From positions 1-46,562 of the forward strand of contig JBGPHU010000002.1 of NCBI GenBank assembly GCA_041484545.1: a DNA stretch of 46,562 bases, read 5' to 3'. Positions within the stretch are counted from its first letter, which is position 1. Every line of letters starts with the position of its first letter. The notes beneath the pieces were generated by a model, which saw nothing but the letters and a program-made list of their open reading frames with translations, had not been told where the DNA came from and made no database searches. Made by a program: the position numbers and the translations under genes. Shown piece by piece: positions 41,846-46,562 of this stretch. The stretch is from Candidatus Eiseniibacteriota bacterium (lineage in GTDB: Bacteria; Eisenbacteria; RBG-16-71-46; SZUA-252).

Positions 41846-42862
41846 TCAGGGCAGAAGGATGAGGCGCTCGCGCACGGAGGCGAGGCCGACCGTTCCGATC
41901 GATTCGTAGTAGCCGGGAGCCACGCGGTCCCCTCGCAAGGTCATCCGCGGCCAGGAAAGAATGGTGTCTCCCGCGGGGAACGATCCGTCCGCGATAGTGG
42001 CGATGACGCGCCCCGTGAGATCGTAGATGCGGATGTGGGCGACCTGGTCTGAGGAGCCGCCCACGTGGATCACGAAATGGACGGCGGCGCTCGAGGGATT
42101 CGGGTAGGCATGGAGCGGGGGCGTGGTCGCGATGGTCGCGGAGCTCAGGGGCGGGGTCGAGTCGCCCGCTCCGATCGAGATGGTGATTGAAGCGGTGGCG
42201 GGGCCGTCGCCGCACGAATCCGCCCACGTCGCGCGGTAGCGGTACGTGTGCCGCGACCTCACGTTCGTGTCCCGGTACTTTGTTTGGCCGAGGTCGGCCA
42301 CTGTTCCGAGAAGGATCAAAGGACCCGAACCGCTGGCGCGCCACAGGTGGAGCGCCGAGGAAAGGGAATCCCTGGTCGCCGCCCACGAGAGGAGCACGCC
42401 GCTGGAGTCTTCGACGGCGTCGAACCGCGTCGGAGACACGTGGGGCGTTTCGCAGCCCGCCTGAGCGGCTGGAATCTCGGCGCCGGTTTCCGCTGAGGCG
42501 ACGTTCGAGTATCTGGAGGAGTTTCCAGCGTCGTCGTAGGAACAGAGTATGAAGTAGTAGGTCGTCTCGGGAGCGAGGCCCACCACGCTTGCCGAGTCCG
42601 CCTGTCCCGCGGGCGACGGAGTCGGAAGGCCTGCCGCGGAGCTCGCGGCGTTCCACCAACCCAGCGTGTCGGCTCCCACCTGCGAGCTGGAGTAGCGCAG
42701 GTCGTACAGGGAGGCGCGCCCAACGTCGGCGTCATCGCCGGGCGCGGACCACTCGAGCGTGACGGAATAGGGCGAGCTTGCCGCAGCGCACGGACTCGCA
42801 GAGAACGCCGCGAATAGAAAAAACGCGGCGCACGAGCCTGGTAGGCGCCTGAGACGTGGAAT
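41846..42862 (-). CDS. Secreted FN3-repeat protein with T9SS-type C-terminal domain; apparent ATT initiation codon (or start-codon loss)
   Basis: The ORF track begins at GTG 42679. My own translation shows the frame stays open upstream to TAA at 42887-42889. The upstream stretch encodes a signal peptide (PRLRRLPGSCAAFFLFAAFSASPCAAASS) and the family motif EWSAPGDDADVGRASLYDLRYSS. No ATG, GTG or TTG occurs in that stretch. An ATT at 42862-42860 lies 8 nt after GGAGGG. The C-terminus AYPNPSSAAVHFVIHV..IRIYDLTGRVI..VAPGYY is CTD-like. Confidence 0.6.
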   Translation of the reverse strand: MPRLRRLPGSCAAFFLFAAFSASPCAAASSPYSVTLEWSAPGDDADVGRASLYDLRYSSSQVGADTLGWWNAASSAAGLPTPSPAGQADSASVVGLAPETTYYFILCSYDDAGNSSRYSNVASAETGAEIPAAQAGCETPHVSPTRFDAVEDSSGVLLSWAATRDSLSSALHLWRASGSGPLILLGTVADLGQTKYRDTNVRSRHTYRYRATWADSCGDGPATASITISIGAGDSTPPLSSATIATTPPLHAYPNPSSAAVHFVIHVGGSSDQVAHIRIYDLTGRVIATIADGSFPAGDTILSWPRMTLRGDRVAPGYYESIGTVGLASVRERLILLP

Positions 42863-43180
42863 CGTCCGGACCCTCCGCGCGAAGCCTTACGAAGCGTGAA
42901 TATGTTGTCGAGTTGGTTGTTGGGGATAGAATGCGATTATTCTGAAAATTGTAATTTGCAAGAACTGATCCACTCGACGGGTGAAACGCAACGCACCCGC
43001 GCAAGCCGCTCAAGCGAAAGTCGTTCCGTATCCCTGGAAGAGCCTTTGTCGTCAGGGGATAGGCAACTGGAGCGTACAGACACGTTGCAAGGCTTGTACG
43101 GTTCAGTGCGCGGAGCAACTACTGCCCGGGAAAGCGGGGACGGACCATTTCCCAGCCGTTCGGGAGTTCGGTGGCGCGTA

Positions 43181-44590
43181 TTAGGGCAAGGATGGGCGGG
43201 CCCGTCGAGCCCGGGAGGCGAATCTCCAGCGAAGCAGGTAGGCGGCAGGAGCCAGGAGAAAGAGAAGATCGAGAGGCGGCGGCCCTCCCCTCGGGGGGCC
43301 GGACCCGTACATGGCGGCGAGAGAGCCGCAGCCGAAAATCGACTCGCCCGGGAGCCGTCTCGCCACGGGCTGCGAATTCTGCGTCACTCCCCCTTCCCTT
43401 CCATCCACGATGCCGTTCGAATTGCAGTCGGGGTTCGAGGGGCAGGAATCGAGCACATCCGGGATGCCGTCCCCGTCCTGATCGAGATAGTTCCCGTAGG
43501 CGATTTTCAGGGCCGACGTCGTCGCGTCGTAGTAGCTGATGATGGGCCTGTCCGAGCTGTCCAGCTTGAGGGAGCTGTACGCCCCAACGTCTCCTGCGCT
43601 GTCCACGGTCTGAACCGTCCAGACTCCGCCCGCGCGGGATGCGTATTTGAGGGAAGTCGTGGCGGCGTCATAGTAGGAAATGTGTGGATTCCCGGCCGAG
43701 TCCAGAGCCAGGGACGTGACGGAGCCGTCACCGATCGGGCCGACCCCGGCCACGTCCTGGAAGCTCCATGTGCTCGTTGTCGGGGTCAGGGTCAGCGCAG
43801 AGGCATACCGGAGCTGAAACGACGTTCCGGCGATGTAGCTGATGCGAGGCAGACTCGTTGTCCTGTCGATCGCGATCGAGTTGAAATATCCCGGTTCTCC
43901 GACGGAGTCGACCACCTGCGTGGCAAAGATGCCTCCAGCCCCGTTGGCCAGCCGGAGCCGCCGGGCGGTGCCGTCGAAGTAGGCAATGTAGAGAGTTCCC
44001 AGCGCGTCGAGACCCAGGCTGTTGTACCTGCCGCGTCCGAACGTGGGATCCGCGAAGGTGCGGGCCCAGGAGGATCCGCTCGCGAAGGCGAACTTGAGCC
44101 GGTCCGCGGTCGGCAAACCGTCGGGCGCCTTCCAGTAGTAGTAGCTGACGCGCGGAACGCCGGAGCCGTCCACCTGGATCGAATTGAAGAATCCCATTCC
44201 CCCCAAGCCCGTCTCGGAGTCGATGACCTGAATCAACCCCTGTCCCTGATTGTTCTTCCAGTACTTGAGCTGGCCGGTCGCGCCCAGGTAGGCGACATGC
44301 ACGATGCCGGCGGCATCGACCGCGAGGGACGTGTATCCTCCGCCGGCGTCCACCCGCAACAGGTTCCACGTCAGAGTCTGGGGATTCAGCGCCGCGTACT
44401 TGAGATTGCCCAGCGCATCGGAGTAGGCGATCACGGGGTAGCCCTGGATGAGTCCGAGGGAACTCGAGATACCGCTGGCTGAGCCCACGTCGACGAACTG
44501 AAGCGCCCACGTTTCCCCCGACGCGGGCCCCGGGGCTCCTGCCAGGAGCCCAAGGGACAGCGCCAGGAGGGCGATCACGCGGCCGCGCAT
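43181..44590 (-). CDS. Secreted 7-bladed beta-propeller-like repeat protein with TSP3-like Ca-binding motif and tripartite C-terminal sorting-like tail
   Basis: ATG at 44590 (MRGRVIALLALSLGLLAG..signal peptide). Seven repeats of about 45 aa match the pattern G.y.SlalD..G.p.isYyd....LkyA. These are followed by DQDGDGIPDVLDSCP, and then GCGS...PPP-LDLLFLLAPAAYLL-RWRFASRARRAR. Confidence 0.65.
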   Translation of the reverse strand: MRGRVIALLALSLGLLAGAPGPASGETWALQFVDVGSASGISSSLGLIQGYPVIAYSDALGNLKYAALNPQTLTWNLLRVDAGGGYTSLAVDAAGIVHVAYLGATGQLKYWKNNQGQGLIQVIDSETGLGGMGFFNSIQVDGSGVPRVSYYYWKAPDGLPTADRLKFAFASGSSWARTFADPTFGRGRYNSLGLDALGTLYIAYFDGTARRLRLANGAGGIFATQVVDSVGEPGYFNSIAIDRTTSLPRISYIAGTSFQLRYASALTLTPTTSTWSFQDVAGVGPIGDGSVTSLALDSAGNPHISYYDAATTSLKYASRAGGVWTVQTVDSAGDVGAYSSLKLDSSDRPIISYYDATTSALKIAYGNYLDQDGDGIPDVLDSCPSNPDCNSNGIVDGREGGVTQNSQPVARRLPGESIFGCGSLAAMYGSGPPRGGPPPLDLLFLLAPAAYLLRWRFASRARRARPSLP

Positions 44591-44615
44591 GATGGCGAGG
44601 CCCCCGGCGAGGGTC

Positions 44616-45230
44616 TTAGGAACGGTGGACACTCCGCAGTCTCTTGAGAACCCGAAGTCCGCAGACATTGACGAAAAGATACCATCCCGCCGGGCGGAAC
44701 CCAACCTTGGTATGCGCGACCATGGACGTCTCGTTGCCGTAGTCGATGTGAGAGATCAGGCGGCTCCTCCGCTCGTTCCTCATCAGTTCGGTCGCGGCAA
44801 CGAGGATCTGGCTCCAGACGCCCCGACCGCGAAAGGCCTCCGAGGTGAACGCATCGTAAGCGTAGAGCGCGTCGCCGGGTATGGTGATGGGGTAGTGGTA
44901 CCGCTCCTCGAATAGCAGGCCCTTGGCCGAAAACCATTCGTATCCCACCACGGCCTCATCGGCAATCGCGACGACGCAGTGCTCTCCCGCCTCGAAGCGT
45001 CGTTCGTACGTGGAGCGCTTGTCTAGACAACGGACCAAGCCCTCGAGATCGCGCGCGTCGGCCGGACGCGTGGACATCGACTCGACCTGCCGCTGCGCGG
45101 CGCGGGGGTAGCCGTTGAGTTCGAACCGCTGGAAATACGCGACTCGAATGAGGTGAAACGGGGTCCGGTTGAGCGCCGCGCGGACGATCGAGACGGTGTC
45201 CTTTCCCCGGAACTTCTCGAGGGGGTTCAT
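44616..45230 (-). CDS. GNAT-family N-acetyltransferase
   Basis: The ATG at 45230 overlaps the upstream stop (ATGA). Acetyl-CoA motif context AFRGRGVWSQILVAA. The listed 45539 start is an extension that overlaps the upstream gene. Confidence 0.6.
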   Translation of the reverse strand: MNPLEKFRGKDTVSIVRAALNRTPFHLIRVAYFQRFELNGYPRAAQRQVESMSTRPADARDLEGLVRCLDKRSTYERRFEAGEHCVVAIADEAVVGYEWFSAKGLLFEERYHYPITIPGDALYAYDAFTSEAFRGRGVWSQILVAATELMRNERRSRLISHIDYGNETSMVAHTKVGFRPAGWYLFVNVCGLRVLKRLRSVHRS

Positions 45231-46339
45231 CGACCGGCCCGGAGCAGTCGCTTCGCGACCGCCGCCAACGCGCTCCTTCCTCGATTGGTTCCCTGGATCA
45301 GCCGCCCCGCCAGCGTGCGGTTGTAGAGGTTCACACTCATCAGCTCGCGCCGATGGCTGGTCCAGTGAGCCTTGAACTCCCACCCACCCCGTAGCATATC
45401 GATCTCCTTGATCCCCTCCCGGCAGGCTTCCTCGATCAGATCGTAGAGGAGCACCCTCGCCACGCTGCGGCTCTCCCATTCCGGATCGAACCCCTGCTGG
45501 TAGGTGAACACGCGCCCCTGGAGATTGAAGCAGTACCACGCGGCGATCGGCGCCCGGTTGTGGCGGAGGAACCGCAAGCGCAGCCAGCCCGCCTCATTCA
45601 AGAGCGATGCTACTTCGCCATGAAACCGCACCAGAGGCTCGCCACGAAAGTCCGACTGGGTTCCCTTCTGGATCGCGCGCCGGTTGTGCAGGTCGAACAG
45701 CTCCCGTATCGCGTTTGGAATCGCATTTGAATCACAGCCCTCGTAAACCACCCCGGGCTCTTCATGCAGCTTGCTTCGGGCGCGTTTCAAATTGTGTCTC
45801 GTCGAACGACTCAGCGTTTCCCGGAATGCCTCGAAGTCCCCTTCCAGGGGAATGTAGGCCGCCGTCGAGACCGTCCGTACGGAAACATCGAACGGGATCG
45901 AGCGTCCGCGGACGAATTCGATGAGCTTCGCGTCCTCGGCAACGTGGGACAGCTGCATGACATCCCACCCAGGGCAGTCACTTCGCAGGAACGTGATGAC
46001 GGCGTCCAGGCATTCGGCCGCGTCTTGCTCTGCGCAGATCACGTCCACATGGTCGGAATATATTTCGGTGCTGCCGCAATAACTCAGAACGCGGCCCGGC
46101 ACAATCGCGCCCTTGACACGCATGAGGCGGGACGCGAGAGGGAAAATCCCCACCAATGCGTCCTCGCGATAGATGAAGAGGAGCACGAGATCGTACGACT
46201 TGCCGAAATGCGTCCACCAGGTGTGGATCCACTCCCAGGTGCAGAACGTCGAGGGTCGAGCCATCGCAAGGACCAGTCGATTCCACTCCTCGCGGATTTG
46301 GTGGAACCGCTCTACGTCGGCGCGTTCGACCCGCAGCAT
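45227..46339 (-). CDS. CelD/BioF2-like (FemAB-related) acyl/aminoacyl transferase
   Basis: 370 aa. The N-terminus W..L......STFCTWEWIHTWWTHFG, followed by ..LVLLFIYREDALVGIFPLA, is typical of the CelD-like GNAT_6 family found in EPS loci. Confidence 0.65.
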   Translation of the reverse strand: MLRVERADVERFHQIREEWNRLVLAMARPSTFCTWEWIHTWWTHFGKSYDLVLLFIYREDALVGIFPLASRLMRVKGAIVPGRVLSYCGSTEIYSDHVDVICAEQDAAECLDAVITFLRSDCPGWDVMQLSHVAEDAKLIEFVRGRSIPFDVSVRTVSTAAYIPLEGDFEAFRETLSRSTRHNLKRARSKLHEEPGVVYEGCDSNAIPNAIRELFDLHNRRAIQKGTQSDFRGEPLVRFHGEVASLLNEAGWLRLRFLRHNRAPIAAWYCFNLQGRVFTYQQGFDPEWESRSVARVLLYDLIEEACREGIKEIDMLRGGWEFKAHWTSHRRELMSVNLYNRTLAGRLIQGTNRGRSALAAVAKRLLRAGR

Positions 46340-46562
46340 CAGTTCGTCGCGCTCCCTTCCAGCATCTCCGAGTACAAGTTGAGGTGAGCCGACACCATCG
46401 CGTCGACGGTGTACCTCTGAGCTGTGCTCCGCGCGTTTTCGCCGATGCGACGGGCGAGATCCGGATCGCCGAGGAGCATCCCGATGCGCGCCGCCAGGCC
46501 TTCCACGTCACCCAGCTCGACCAGGTAGCCGCTGACCCCTTCCTGGACCAATTCGACATTCC
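46339..46562 (-). CDS. Glycosyltransferase family 1 (C-terminal fragment; gene continues beyond the window)
   Basis: C-terminal GT-B pattern VQEGVSGYLVELGDVEGLAARIGMLLGDPDLARRIGENAR. The stop overlaps the next start (TGATG). Confidence 0.65.
   Translation of the reverse strand, partial: NVELVQEGVSGYLVELGDVEGLAARIGMLLGDPDLARRIGENARSTAQRYTVDAMVSAHLNLYSEMLEGSATN

Noticed and set aside
42896-44482. 528-aa plus-strand ORF opposite the propeller-repeat gene
   Set aside because: It is antisense to a gene with clear repeat structure, a signal peptide and a sorting tail. It has no motifs and begins in an AT-rich spacer with no Shine-Dalgarno.

Overview
High-GC bacterial chromosomal segment: hand counts of 60-nt lines give about 65-70% GC. 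I call 39 protein-coding genes. I found no rRNA, tRNA, CRISPR array, transposase or phage gene. All functional calls rest on motif recognition by eye; no HMM or BLAST search was possible.

Layout:
(1) 1-24.8 kb is almost entirely plus-strand housekeeping. It holds secA (5' partial), an smg/DUF494-like gene, topA, xerC-like, argF, a lipoprotein, dapA, dapB, proS, rpsT (minus strand, convergent and overlapping proS), and uvrC-ogt-xerD. These are followed by an OM beta-barrel gene, a translationally coupled beta-CASP RNase / SNF2 ATPase / YqhG-like trio, a TPR membrane protein, a GH57 glucan enzyme and two small membrane proteins.
(2) 24.8-26.0 kb is a lower-GC patch (about 50-55%). It contains an 82-nt nested hairpin and a TonB_C-like lipoprotein gene.
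(3) 26.0-46.6 kb is one uninterrupted minus-strand array that runs off the right edge of the window. In transcription order it holds GT1 (partial), a CelD/FemAB-like gene, a GNAT gene, a 7-bladed propeller protein with a tripartite C-terminal sorting-like tail, and three tandem FN3 secreted proteins, two of them with T9SS-type C-terminal domains. These are followed by an XrtA-locus-type polysaccharide deacetylase, a polytopic TM-GAF protein, a PEGA protein, a sigma54 -24/-12 element, a PorV-like barrel fused to SPOR, an initiating sugar transferase, a soluble histidine kinase, a sigma54-type response regulator, and lptE-like, holA and leuS.

Most interesting candidates:
(a) The beta-CASP / SNF2 / YqhG-like module. 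Its SNF2 protein carries an N-terminal PcrA/UvrD-Tudor-like segment, which suggests an RNA-polymerase-directed RNA-end processing or recycling machine.
(b) The envelope locus. It mixes exosortase (PEP-CTERM) locus marker genes with T9SS-type cargo and a PorV-like gene, it appears to split a PrsK-like sensor across two genes, and it sits behind a near-consensus sigma54 promoter.
(c) An FN3-CTD gene whose only plausible initiation codon is ATT, behind a strong Shine-Dalgarno.

The lineage is not determinable here. High GC together with T9SS-like CTDs and a PorV-like gene hints at an FCB-group or Gemmatimonadota-like organism, with low confidence.
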